Shown here in pieces: positions 54,224-64,000 of a stretch of DNA of 64,000 bases; position 1 is the first letter of the stretch; every line of letters starts with the position of its first letter. A model generated the notes under the pieces. It saw only the letters and a list, made by a program, of their open reading frames with translations. It was not told the origin of the DNA and did not search any database. A program made the translations under genes and the position numbers. The DNA comes from an uncultured Nitrososphaeraceae archaeon (GTDB taxonomy: Archaea; Thermoproteota; Nitrososphaeria; Nitrososphaerales; Nitrososphaeraceae), in NCBI GenBank assembly GCA_963729045.1, contig CAVSMN010000018.1, forward strand, positions 1-64,000, written 5' to 3'.

Positions 54224-54373
54224 ATGGTCAGAAATTTAATACCTACTTGTAGTAAATGTGGTAGCTTCGTCAGTGATCACATAGAACCAGAAGTAGAAAA
54301 AGAAGGCCAAATTAAAGAAGGAAAATATGTTGACAATGTTTGGGTTTGTAACGAATGTCTAAAAAATAAATAA
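54224..54373 (+). CDS. 49-aa zinc-finger microprotein (below the ORF-track cutoff)
   Basis: MVRNLIPTCSKCG...VWVCNECLKNK*, with two CxxC motifs. Confidence 0.7.
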   Translation: MVRNLIPTCSKCGSFVSDHIEPEVEKEGQIKEGKYVDNVWVCNECLKNK

Positions 54374-54594
54374 ATATATTAATATGAATACAAAGTAACC
54401 GACCTATCACTCCGCATGAAAATATGATTGATCGGATCTAAATTATTCAATTAGATACTTTGCATAAAGTTCGATGTCAGTTATTGCCTTGAGTCTATAA
54501 TTGTGGAAGTTCATATCATGACCTATCACCATTGTTAAAACTTCGACTACGAATCTCAGTGCTTTTATTGAATTGATTTCTAGCAGTATGACCT

Positions 54595-55063
54595 TTAGGT
54601 ATCATCTTTGCCCAAATCTTTGTCAATTTTTTTCTGTAATTCTCTATATTTCTTGTATTTCTTGTCCCATTTTGAAAGAACAAACCACTGCCTGATCCCT
54701 ATGCCCATCCACACGATAAAAACAATTACAGGAATTAGTGGCAGGTATCTAAAAGAAGAGTTAAATCCAGAATTAGAAGTAGAACTGGAGTCATCTCCCC
54801 AATGAACCATTTCTTGTCCAATTATTATAGCCATCATCATGAAACGGAAATCCAAATAACATAAATGTTAACATAAACGCTATCGGAGGAATAATCATAA
54901 TAGTTAGTAACATTATAATGAAAAGTTTCTTGGTTTTATTTAGTTGATCAATTATCCCATCCATTATGTAAAAAATACTAGAATCTGATCTTGTATTGTT
55001 GTTATCAGAATTATTTTTGTTGTCATTGTTATCTTCGTTATCATTATTGTTTGATTTTTTCAT
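54595..55063 (-). pseudogene. Two-TM membrane protein, probably one frameshifted gene
   Basis: Overlapping ORFs 54791-55063 and 54595-54855 each carry one TM helix; the start overlaps the upstream wHTH stop. Confidence 0.6.
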
Positions 55064-55365
55064 TAGTCTCGCCTCTCCTTTTCATTATTTCTTGGAAATA
55101 GTTCTTCATAAGGTGCCAGAATTTCATTCAAAATTAATCTTCCTCTTTCTGAGACTTTGTAGTTGATTATAACTTTGCTACCCCAATTTTCTTCCATTCT
55201 ATTGATCAATTCTTTTCTGACCATATCATCCAAGATTTCTTTATGTTTAACATTATTCAAACCACAGTAACTCATAAGCTTACTCTGATTAATTTCACCA
55301 TATTCACAAAGTTTCAAGAGAATATCCTTCCTGATAAATATTCGATCACGGTATTCATGAACCAC
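55063..55365 (-). CDS. Winged-helix regulator
   Basis: YRDRIFIRKDIL...NQSKLMSYCGLN...YKVSERG. Confidence 0.75.
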   Translation of the reverse strand: MVHEYRDRIFIRKDILLKLCEYGEINQSKLMSYCGLNNVKHKEILDDMVRKELINRMEENWGSKVIINYKVSERGRLILNEILAPYEELFPRNNEKERRD

Positions 55366-55570
55366 AATGAATCAATCAGAACAGACAAAATGTTTTCATA
55401 TGTCCAATTAGGGTATCGTTTGACCATTCTGCAAATATATTCATATGTATGTACTTTTTCATCGTATAAACATAGTATAACAAACAGGATTATGTATAAA
55501 ATCATAAGGGAACAAAGTTACGTCTCAAAGGTCCAGCATAGTTAATATAATCAAATATAATATTTTCAGG

Positions 55571-56164
55571 ATGATAAAATCACAAAAATTAAGAATAGAA
55601 AAATCTGTAAAAGCTACTGCCACTAAGGTATCACTAACAACAGTAGCAATTATTGCATTTTCAACACTACTTGTTTTGTTCTCTGGACCTAGCAGTAGCA
55701 CTACTACTACTATGACAGCTTATGCAGAGCAAACAGACACCATCAATGCTACAAAGGTAGTCAATGCTTCAAAGGATAAAGTGTGGAATATCATTTCAAA
55801 TGTGGACAAGAATCCAGATTATTGGCCAATTTCGATTGTAAAAAACATTAGCAAATCAGACAACACTGTAGAAAGAGAAGTTACTGTTCCTGCACCGCCC
55901 TTTATGGATAATAAAGCTCATCAAATAATAACCATTATTCCAGAACAATTTACAATTGTTGAAAATCAAACTCAAGGCGCTGTTACTGGGGTAAAAACCA
56001 TATCTTTACAACAGGCTGGGAGTGACTCCAATAAGACCGAAGTTAGCATAGTATGGAATCTAGACATGTCTAAAATACCTGGCATTGGAAAGGGATTCGC
56101 AAAAGACGGTATAAGTAACTCTGTAGATGAAGCACTAAACAAGATTGCAAATGCTGCTAAATGA
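55571..56164 (+). CDS. Exported SRPBCC family protein
   Basis: Signal peptide; VNASKDKVWNIISNVD..PDYW. Confidence 0.8.
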   Translation: MIKSQKLRIEKSVKATATKVSLTTVAIIAFSTLLVLFSGPSSSTTTTMTAYAEQTDTINATKVVNASKDKVWNIISNVDKNPDYWPISIVKNISKSDNTVEREVTVPAPPFMDNKAHQIITIIPEQFTIVENQTQGAVTGVKTISLQQAGSDSNKTEVSIVWNLDMSKIPGIGKGFAKDGISNSVDEALNKIANAAK

Positions 56165-56605
56165 TTAGATTAATAAAAAAAGGGTATGTCCTGAAAGTAA
56201 TTAGTAGGTATTCGTCTACCTATTGACGTCAGAAAGAGAAATACTTGCTTATCAATAAGTGTTCAGATTTTTTATATTACCACTCAGCAAGGGAGAATTT
56301 CATAACAGTCCTAATTACTATTTTTAATTACTTGTATCATTTGGATTTCGGTTTGGATTTAAAACAAAGCCTCCTATATTATGTTCTTCATGTACCGAAC
56401 AATTTTTGATACACAATAGATTGCAGGTCGATATTTAATTTAATTTAATTTGATTAATTGAATTTGAATATATCATTTGAAACATTTGTGACGGATATAT
56501 CAAGATGGAATTAATTGTAGAATGAAAATAAATAATCACAGTATTGTACAAGTTTGTAAAAGAAATGAAGTTAATGCATTTATACCAACGGATACAGTTT
56601 GATCT

Positions 56606-57151
56606 TTGTATATGCCAATGCCAACCCAAGGGGCAACTAAAATTAGTAAAATAATGACCAAAAAACTCGAAACTGTCGGATCTACCTCCTCTGCACAGGA
56701 GGTCGCCATAAAGATGAGGGATAAACAGGTTAGTTCAATTGTAGTGATGGATGATAGATTCGGCATACCTCTAGGAATTGTCACCGAGAGGGACCTTGCG
56801 AGAAAAGTGTGTGTTACTGACAAGAATAGTACTCAATTATTAGCAAGCCAAGTAATGTCGTTTCCTCTAATTACTGTTAATGCGGATTTATCATCTTCAG
56901 AGGCAGCAGACTTGATGTTAAAGAACAAGGTAAGACATTTACTCGTCATATCTAAAGATTCAAAACAAAACATGGATAATAATGACGCGTTAGAAGATAA
57001 AGATCTCATTAAACCGGTAGGAATAATCACTACAACAGATTTTATAAAATTTAGTCTAATCTCTGATACGGATTCGGATAAAGATGTAAATGAAGACAAG
57101 AAAACCGAGGAAATTTTAAAATACTATAGAAATGATTCGGATCATTCATGA
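56606..57151 (+). CDS. CBS domain-pair protein
   Basis: GIVTERD, VRHLLV and GIITTTD motifs. Confidence 0.9.
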   Translation: MYMPMPTQGATKISKIMTKKLETVGSTSSAQEVAIKMRDKQVSSIVVMDDRFGIPLGIVTERDLARKVCVTDKNSTQLLASQVMSFPLITVNADLSSSEAADLMLKNKVRHLLVISKDSKQNMDNNDALEDKDLIKPVGIITTTDFIKFSLISDTDSDKDVNEDKKTEEILKYYRNDSDHS

Positions 57152-57276
57152 TTATAACTTTTGAGTGGCTTGGTCATTATGAACAAAATAATTTATCAAC
57201 TAAAGTCTGCTTACAATAATCCCATAGATAGACTCACTTAATTTCTTTTATATGTGATAATATAATAAATATATCA

Positions 57277-57510
57277 TTGTCTGGGAATAACAGAGAAACT
57301 ATCAAAATTGGATCAACAGTAAGAGTGATAAAAAAAAGCGACCAAAAGACAGGAAAGGTAAGTGAAGGAAAAGTAAAGGAAATATTGACCAAATCCAAAT
57401 TTCATCCCCACGGAATCAAAGTAATTTTAGAAGATGGAATAATTGGTAGAGTTAAGGAGGTAGTAAACGTATCAGTTAATAAGGACATATCAAAAGAAAA
57501 CCTCCTCTAA
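57277..57510 (+). CDS. YwbE (DUF2196) family protein
   Basis: K.DQ.TGK..EG.V..ILTKS..HPHGIKV.L.DG..GRV. Confidence 0.85.
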   Translation: MSGNNRETIKIGSTVRVIKKSDQKTGKVSEGKVKEILTKSKFHPHGIKVILEDGIIGRVKEVVNVSVNKDISKENLL

Positions 57511-57861
57511 GAAGGGGAAATGCTCATCTACTATTTTGAAAGTGTATATTCCGTATTCATGGTTACTATTCCATAATTCCATTCCTTTATCAAAGTAATT
57601 CATCCTCACATATTATTTTCATATCATAAAATAGATCGATCGATCCTACTATGATAACAAAATGGAAAATCTCAATTTGATTTGTCCTTTATTTTTGACA
57701 TCTATAAATACTGTTATGGCACGGTGGCCCAGTAAAGTGCTATAGGTAAGGCAAATGTGGAAAGAACACCAAATACATAGTGAAGCCTACTACTAGATCG
57801 ATATCCATAATCATTGGAATCAGTTAAATTGATTGATCATGTTCTTTTATTATATATTCAA

Positions 57862-58323
57862 TTATTTTTTCCCTTGTTCAATCTCTCTCAAAAATTTTTC
57901 TAGTCTTTCTTTAATGGCTTCTTTCGAAATAAGGCTAAAAGACGCAAAAGGTTTCTTTAGTCTTGCCTCACGAGCCCACAATTCGTACAATATTTCCTTG
58001 ATTCTATTTACATCACTATTTGTCTTTGATTCTTTTAAGACATTTATAAGAAATGACAAACCTTCAGAGGAAATAGATAGATGTGATTTAGATAGGACGA
58101 CATCCTCATCGATATGAATTAGACCATCACGTTGCAAGTCCTCCAAGAGATTCCACAATTCAAGAATTGTTGGATAGTCATAAACTAAACTTAACTTTAG
58201 CAATCGCCAGACGTCAATCAAAGTGAATGAATGGACCTCATCAGGTTCTGAGGCCTTTTCCGTTGATTTTACATACCCTAAGTGAAATAATATCCACATC
58301 CGGACGAATTCATAATTCTTCAT
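57862..58323 (-). CDS. Hypothetical protein, possibly winged-helix
   Basis: 153-aa ATG ORF. Confidence 0.6.
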   Translation of the reverse strand: MKNYEFVRMWILFHLGYVKSTEKASEPDEVHSFTLIDVWRLLKLSLVYDYPTILELWNLLEDLQRDGLIHIDEDVVLSKSHLSISSEGLSFLINVLKESKTNSDVNRIKEILYELWAREARLKKPFASFSLISKEAIKERLEKFLREIEQGKK

Positions 58324-58754
58324 TTTTATAAACTACACTACATTCTATTCTGCACTTTTTGTTCAAAAACTTTCCAAACTTATGTGGCTACAGTTAAAAA
58401 AATCAAGAATGAGGGGCATTGTTTTACTCAACTTCTTCCTGTAATTAGTTGTAAGTACAGGATAGAATGGATGGTGATATTCTTTTTTGTTATTGTCATC
58501 ATTGTAGTTCTCAATTTCATTATTTTGGTTATTGTTTTGGATGGGAGTCTATTCATATCATGGACATCATAGAAAAATATATTAGAATTGCCAACTGATT
58601 GCACTAATTAGTCTCTAGCCATTTTAGAATTTGAATAGAAAGAGAATATTTGAATAGGAATTTAAGTGGTTTTTTCCAAATATTAGAAACAAGAGCTTCA
58701 ATTTTTTGACATCAAGAAAATAGAATCGATACAAAGCATACAGATCAGATTTTT

Positions 58755-59876
58755 TTGATTCAATTTAATAGAAAACTTTTTTTCATTAGACTCTCATTTG
58801 TGTGTGTGACACTCCCTGAAATTGACAGTTTATCGATCACCTTATTAGTGGATAATTATACTGACAGGTTGTTACCATCATCATTAATTGCAATTCGCCC
58901 ACCAATGATGAAAAATGAACAATTTCTTCCTCCTCCTCCACCCGTGGCGGAGCATGGTTTTTCAGCTTTGATTAGAGCTGTATCTAATGACTATATGACA
59001 TATCAAAACAAAGACCAATCACTCAATGAAAACGTAATTCTATTTGATTGTGGAACCAGTGAAAATGGTGTTTTATCTAACGCTGAAATATTAGGAATAA
59101 ACTTCAATTCCATAAATTCTATCATACTTAGTCATGGACATTTCGATCACTTTACTGGCCTATTAAGTATCCTCAAAAAAATAGACAAGCCTGTTAGATT
59201 AATTTGCCATCCCGATGCCTTTTTGAGAAGATGGATAATATTCCCCAATGGCAAGGATAAGGCAAGATTGCCATTTCTCGATAAAGAGGAATTACGAAGA
59301 CAAGGAGCAGTTATAATGACAAAGAAAGACCCCAGTTTAATTTCTCAAGACAGAATAGAAGAATATCAATACCCCTTGAACGACTACACTGTTGTTGACA
59401 ATTCAATACCTAAATTACTAGTTACTGGTTGGATTCCACGAACGACTACTTACGAAAAGGGATTTCCATTGCAGTACAAAGAAGACCTCAATACAAGTAC
59501 CCTTATTCCCGATCCTTTAGTAAATGATGATCAAGCTATTGTCGCAAATATCAAGAACAAAGGATTGATAATCATTAGTGGATGTGCACATGCGGGTATT
59601 ATTAATACAATTAAATACGCCAAATTGCTTACTGGAATCAACAAGATATATGCAGTGATCGGGGGTTTTCATCTAACTGGTGGAGGAATTTATGAGGATG
59701 CAATCGAACCAACAATAACAGAATTAAAAAAGATAGATCCAAGATATTTGATCCCTTGTCACTGCACGGGATGGAAAGCTACCAACCGAATAATTCAAGA
59801 ACTACCTGAAAAATTTCTACAACCAAGTACCTTGTACTACCTTTACCTTTACATTCGATTCGACCCTTTAATATAA
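58755..59876 (+). CDS. MBL-fold metallo-hydrolase
   Basis: AEHGFS, SHGHFDHFTG, GCAHAG, GGFHL and PCHCTG; true start is probably near 58806 and the C-terminus may be frameshifted. Confidence 0.9.
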   Translation: MIQFNRKLFFIRLSFVCVTLPEIDSLSITLLVDNYTDRLLPSSLIAIRPPMMKNEQFLPPPPPVAEHGFSALIRAVSNDYMTYQNKDQSLNENVILFDCGTSENGVLSNAEILGINFNSINSIILSHGHFDHFTGLLSILKKIDKPVRLICHPDAFLRRWIIFPNGKDKARLPFLDKEELRRQGAVIMTKKDPSLISQDRIEEYQYPLNDYTVVDNSIPKLLVTGWIPRTTTYEKGFPLQYKEDLNTSTLIPDPLVNDDQAIVANIKNKGLIIISGCAHAGIINTIKYAKLLTGINKIYAVIGGFHLTGGGIYEDAIEPTITELKKIDPRYLIPCHCTGWKATNRIIQELPEKFLQPSTLYYLYLYIRFDPLI

Positions 59877-60288
59877 CTACATTTGGTAAAGTATACAAAA
59901 ATTTAGTATTTACTCAAGTGTACTGAGAGATCACCTTTCATTTGAAATGCTTAAGACATGACCATCATAACATACTGCTTTTTATCGAATTCAAACGAAT
60001 TACAGTAACAAAAAATGGTGAATGAATGAATAACAAATATTGACCACTTACCCCAATGTCTCTTGGCCCGAACTAATTCTTGCTACAATCGACTTGCATC
60101 TTCATGCAGACAATATTTGACTTATATACTACAATGCGAATCTTAAATATTTGAATTTGTTAAAATAACACTGCTATTTTTTTCTGCTTTAGTATGATGT
60201 AATATAATTATGAAATTATGAACTGAATATATTAGATGAACTACATCACATAGTCAAATATGGATATAATAAAACGACAAGATCGAGC

Positions 60289-60579
60289 ATGGAACAAATA
60301 AAATATTTTTACATGTGTCGAATGTATAACCATTATATGATCTTTGAATGCCCGGTTGGACACATTTGTTTTAGTAAAGATGAACTAACCATTTGTGGAA
60401 TGCGAGGATGCAATAAACAAATAGACATGCTAAGCCCTGACGATATCGAATGGTTTTACAAAATAGATAAGAATGGACTTTGTATTACTAGGACTGACCT
60501 TCACATGATAATTGAAGATCCTAATATGCCAAAAGACGTAAAGAAGCAAATACAAAAATTATTTACCAATATTTCTTGA
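60289..60579 (+). CDS. Small Cys-rich hypothetical protein
   Basis: CPVGH...CGMRGC. Confidence 0.65.
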   Translation: MEQIKYFYMCRMYNHYMIFECPVGHICFSKDELTICGMRGCNKQIDMLSPDDIEWFYKIDKNGLCITRTDLHMIIEDPNMPKDVKKQIQKLFTNIS

Positions 60580-60870
60580 CAGTTCATAACAAGAAATCAT
60601 AAAAGAATTAAGAATTAAGAAATAAGAATTCATAGTAAAAATTAGAAAAATTTCTCGATACAAATCTAACAATAATGATAGAATTATTTTGAGGTCTCAA
60701 TCTTCATATTTAGTATGAAAATGACTTCACCTTAATATCCTGGTGCTGCGTCTCTAGTAACAGGTTCCGATAAAAAGTAAAAGTAAAAGTAAAAATATGC
60801 CAGTTTTTTAGAGTTAAGGGAATATTTTTGATATATTAGATATTAATAAAGATGAAGTCGATCTTCGATG

Positions 60871-61980
60871 TCAAATATCAAGATCAACCCATAAGGCAGC
60901 ATGATCCGAGGCTGCATCTTTGGCGGTTTTCATCTCAGGAAAATGGGCAAAAAGATCACCGTTTTTACCTCCCCACACACCTCTTCTCTCAATTCCACCA
61001 AGTTTAGCCTTTTTGGCCAATTCTGGAGACATTAATATATAATCTAATTTTCCTGATTTTGTTCCATTACCATGGGTACCTGGTCTATCATCTCCCACAA
61101 ATTTTTCATGTTTCATAATATCTAATAAATTGGAGTTACTACCTAGTAGAGCACGTAAAGGAGCACTATCAGGAGTATCGTTCAAGTCTCCTATAACAGC
61201 AATAAAATCAAATTTTTTATTTAATTCATCATAAATCTTTCGTACTTTCTTTGCTTGACGTGTACGTTTTTTGTCATTGTCTTGTTGAGCACCAAAGCCT
61301 TTACTCTTAAAATGATTTATTAATAAGAACAGATCATTTCCCGAAGGAGTAGTTAAATGATATTCTGCACAATCTCTACTAAATATTAATCCATCTGAAT
61401 CAATATCATCTACATGGCTAGTCATCGATCTTATTTCAAATCCTTTTCTACTGATAATACCAACATCAATACCTCGTTCATCATTGCCGTCTATAAGCAT
61501 AGTGTGATCGTATGACTGCCCATTTACCTTTGGTATCACCATATCATTGAACCGCTTTAGTGCAATCCTATTTTCTGCTTCAACTACACATAAAATATCT
61601 GCTTTTAATTCATTAATAACTCTCGCAGTATTTTCAATGGCTAATTCTTTGATGGTATCTTTTTTGAGTTCAAACCATCCTATCCAATCATCTCGCCCTT
61701 TTGCTAAGACGACATATACACCTTGTTGCTTTTTAACTAGCTTTGCTCGGACTTCTACAAGACGAATGAATTTACTTTCACCTTTTGTTAGTAACCCAGT
61801 ATTTCGTTTCATTATTTGCAGTATTTCCTTTTTGATTTGTTCAGAGTATATCTTGTTTTGGATCAAATTAATTAAATCATCAAAATCCTTTAACACTGTT
61901 TTACCATCTTCCCATGATGGCAAATTCATTACCGAAGGCCTTTCAAACATATTTTCTACATTGAACGAGGCTAATCGCAT
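60871..61980 (-). CDS. Endonuclease/exonuclease/phosphatase family protein
   Basis: ASFNVEN, NHFKS, GDLND, LDYI and SDH motifs; start taken at MRLASF. Confidence 0.9.
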   Translation of the reverse strand: MRLASFNVENMFERPSVMNLPSWEDGKTVLKDFDDLINLIQNKIYSEQIKKEILQIMKRNTGLLTKGESKFIRLVEVRAKLVKKQQGVYVVLAKGRDDWIGWFELKKDTIKELAIENTARVINELKADILCVVEAENRIALKRFNDMVIPKVNGQSYDHTMLIDGNDERGIDVGIISRKGFEIRSMTSHVDDIDSDGLIFSRDCAEYHLTTPSGNDLFLLINHFKSKGFGAQQDNDKKRTRQAKKVRKIYDELNKKFDFIAVIGDLNDTPDSAPLRALLGSNSNLLDIMKHEKFVGDDRPGTHGNGTKSGKLDYILMSPELAKKAKLGGIERRGVWGGKNGDLFAHFPEMKTAKDAASDHAALWVDLDI

Positions 61981-62430
61981 ATACTCATCTGTTATGATTA
62001 AGATAATATAAATATGTTTTATTATATTGCCAATAAGTGACAATTTCAAATTAAATGTATTAATCAAAATAACAAAATTTGAATGTAGAACCACATCAAC
62101 CGTATTGTGATTAACTGTTAGGACATTTTGTATTCTTATACTTCACTTTGATGAGATAAACATAACTAAACCGAGATCTTTATCAAGACAGGATCATACT
62201 AGGTTTATCAAGAACTCATCATATGTATAAAAATAATTAAAGAGACAATTAACTAAAAAAATACCAGGCTGCTACTTTCTAAGAAGGATTTGAATTCTAT
62301 CAATTTTTGATTTTCTTGTGCATCCATATCCTTATACTCTGTGGTTATATGATGCAAGACAAATAATTATTGCACAGATAACTATCGTCGAAATTAAAAA
62401 ATATAAGCCCTAGAATCCAAAATAGCTCTT

Positions 62431-62859
62431 GTGAAGGATAAACCATTCAATTTTCATGGTGCAATATTTACTATAAAGGTTCTCACTTCTGAGACAAATG
62501 GAAAATATACGGTAATGGATGTAATCCACCCACCTTACTTGGGTCCTGCGTTACATATGCATCCAATGGGCCCTGAGACTTTTTACATAATTGAAGGCGA
62601 ATATGAATTTATGTTGGGTGAAAAATCGTTAATGGGTAAATCAGGGGATACAATTTTTGTTCCAAAAGGAACTCCACATAGATTTGAGGTAGGCCGCAAA
62701 GGTGGACACGCTCTTATAATGAGTCCTCCCGAACTAGAGCATTATTTTTTCAAGGTTGGTGAATTATTTGGCAAAGGCAAGGTTTCTTACAAAACAGAAT
62801 CAAACATAGCAGAGCAATATGGTCAAATTTTCCTAGATAACAGAAACCATTGGAAATAA
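62431..62859 (+). CDS. Cupin domain protein
   Basis: GPALHMH...ETFYIIEG...GD..FVP.G.PH. Confidence 0.85.
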   Translation: MKDKPFNFHGAIFTIKVLTSETNGKYTVMDVIHPPYLGPALHMHPMGPETFYIIEGEYEFMLGEKSLMGKSGDTIFVPKGTPHRFEVGRKGGHALIMSPPELEHYFFKVGELFGKGKVSYKTESNIAEQYGQIFLDNRNHWK

Positions 62860-63305
62860 CTAATTCTACTTGACTTTTGGATTTCTCAATATTGTAATTT
62901 GATTAAATTTAGATTTTGTTGGATTAAAGTATTCTAATCAATCGTGGTTTTATGACTCTAATTCAATCAGCCTAGCCACTAGACAATTACATGATCCATC
63001 TAATACTAATTCTCAATCACATCAAAGAAATCAAGTATTCAAAAATGATTAGAATTTAGTTTAGATTTTAATTTGATTCTAATTGTTTTTAAATCCATAT
63101 TTTCTTAACATGGTCTCTATTAAGTGAAAAGACAGACATTGAAATTGGTGTCAACATTGTTAACGCGGTATTCTACTGTCACTATATTCTTTTATGATTT
63201 CTAACATTTCTGAAACCATGACTTAACCTTTTTGTACGATTATTTCACAAGAATTTAACTAGTAAATATTTGACTATGTATTTTAGTCTTTAATGAAATA
63301 TTATA

Positions 63306-63548
63306 TTGATGATACAATATGCAGTCATTTTGATGATATTGCCAATATTGATCTCGATGAATTCCTTCGGTTCCAATGGTCTCGTCCTCCAAAACATGTC
63401 TGAAGACATCAACTATTTGTTTAGTAATTTAACACCAGACAATCTTGGAGTCAAAGAGTATTCTAATCAATCTAATAGTATTTCCAGTGTTCAAAAGGAT
63501 CTCCAAGAGTCCGCAAGTAGCTCAACTGATAATAATATGACTTTATGA
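63306..63548 (+). CDS. Small exported hypothetical protein
   Basis: Hydrophobic N-terminus. Confidence 0.4.
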   Translation: MMIQYAVILMILPILISMNSFGSNGLVLQNMSEDINYLFSNLTPDNLGVKEYSNQSNSISSVQKDLQESASSSTDNNMTL

Positions 63549-64000
63549 CAAGAGGCTTTAACACTAGGATAAAAAACAATAGAAGGTAAAGTTCTTATCA
63601 AATATTACTTTTATTTTAGTTATTTACGGATTACCACAATGTTAGCTGAGCTAGCACATACTTTCAATAATAACATAACGGCAATAAAAAATGAGAAACT
63701 TAGAATTTCTAGACTCTCCTGATATGTTAGAATCTATGATCAAAGTAAATTTAAGACTACTACCGAATGAAGAAGAGATATGATCACACTTTTTTATTTA
63801 ATTAACAATCATATTTGCTCTTATTCTCTACTAATTTAGAGCAAACTTGCTATTTAAAGTAAAAATATAATATATTACTGCTTTCATATATTTTCTAATT
63901 TCTTCATCACTCATCTTGGTTGAGTCTGGTGTTTGGAAATTATCTCAGCCCATTGATGTTAATCTAATGGATTTCCTGTTAAAGACCATCATAGAATATA

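Noticed and set aside
57404..57413. ATCCCCACGG core match inside the YwbE-family gene
   Set aside because: It encodes the conserved HPHG motif and has no left arm, so it is most likely coincidental.

Overview
AT-rich archaeal DNA. The gene content (TrmB-like sensor, MEDS, small wHTH proteins, DUF1428, thaumarchaeal-type integrase remnant) suggests a soil Nitrososphaeraceae member such as Nitrosocosmicus; this is an inference. The left 34 kb is divided into 19 modules of about 0.3-5 kb by 20 co-oriented intergenic sites. All sites share the core (A)ATCCCCACGG, preceded by one of three left arms (A, B, C) and followed by one of about four right arms, in shuffled combinations. A decayed tyrosine recombinase lies next to one site. 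This reads as an integron-like or tandem-integration cassette array, and it is the main candidate for an undescribed system. Four copies of a secreted N/Q/S/G-rich repeat protein, a candidate functional amyloid, share a conserved ~79-bp upstream element. The right 30 kb is mostly ordinary accessory and repair metabolism (cbtAB, ADH, Fpg/Nei, DNA ligase, SDR, oxalate decarboxylase-like cupin, arginase, MBL hydrolase, EEP). Many genes carry single-base frameshifts, which may be assembly errors. No rRNA, intact tRNA or CRISPR array was seen.
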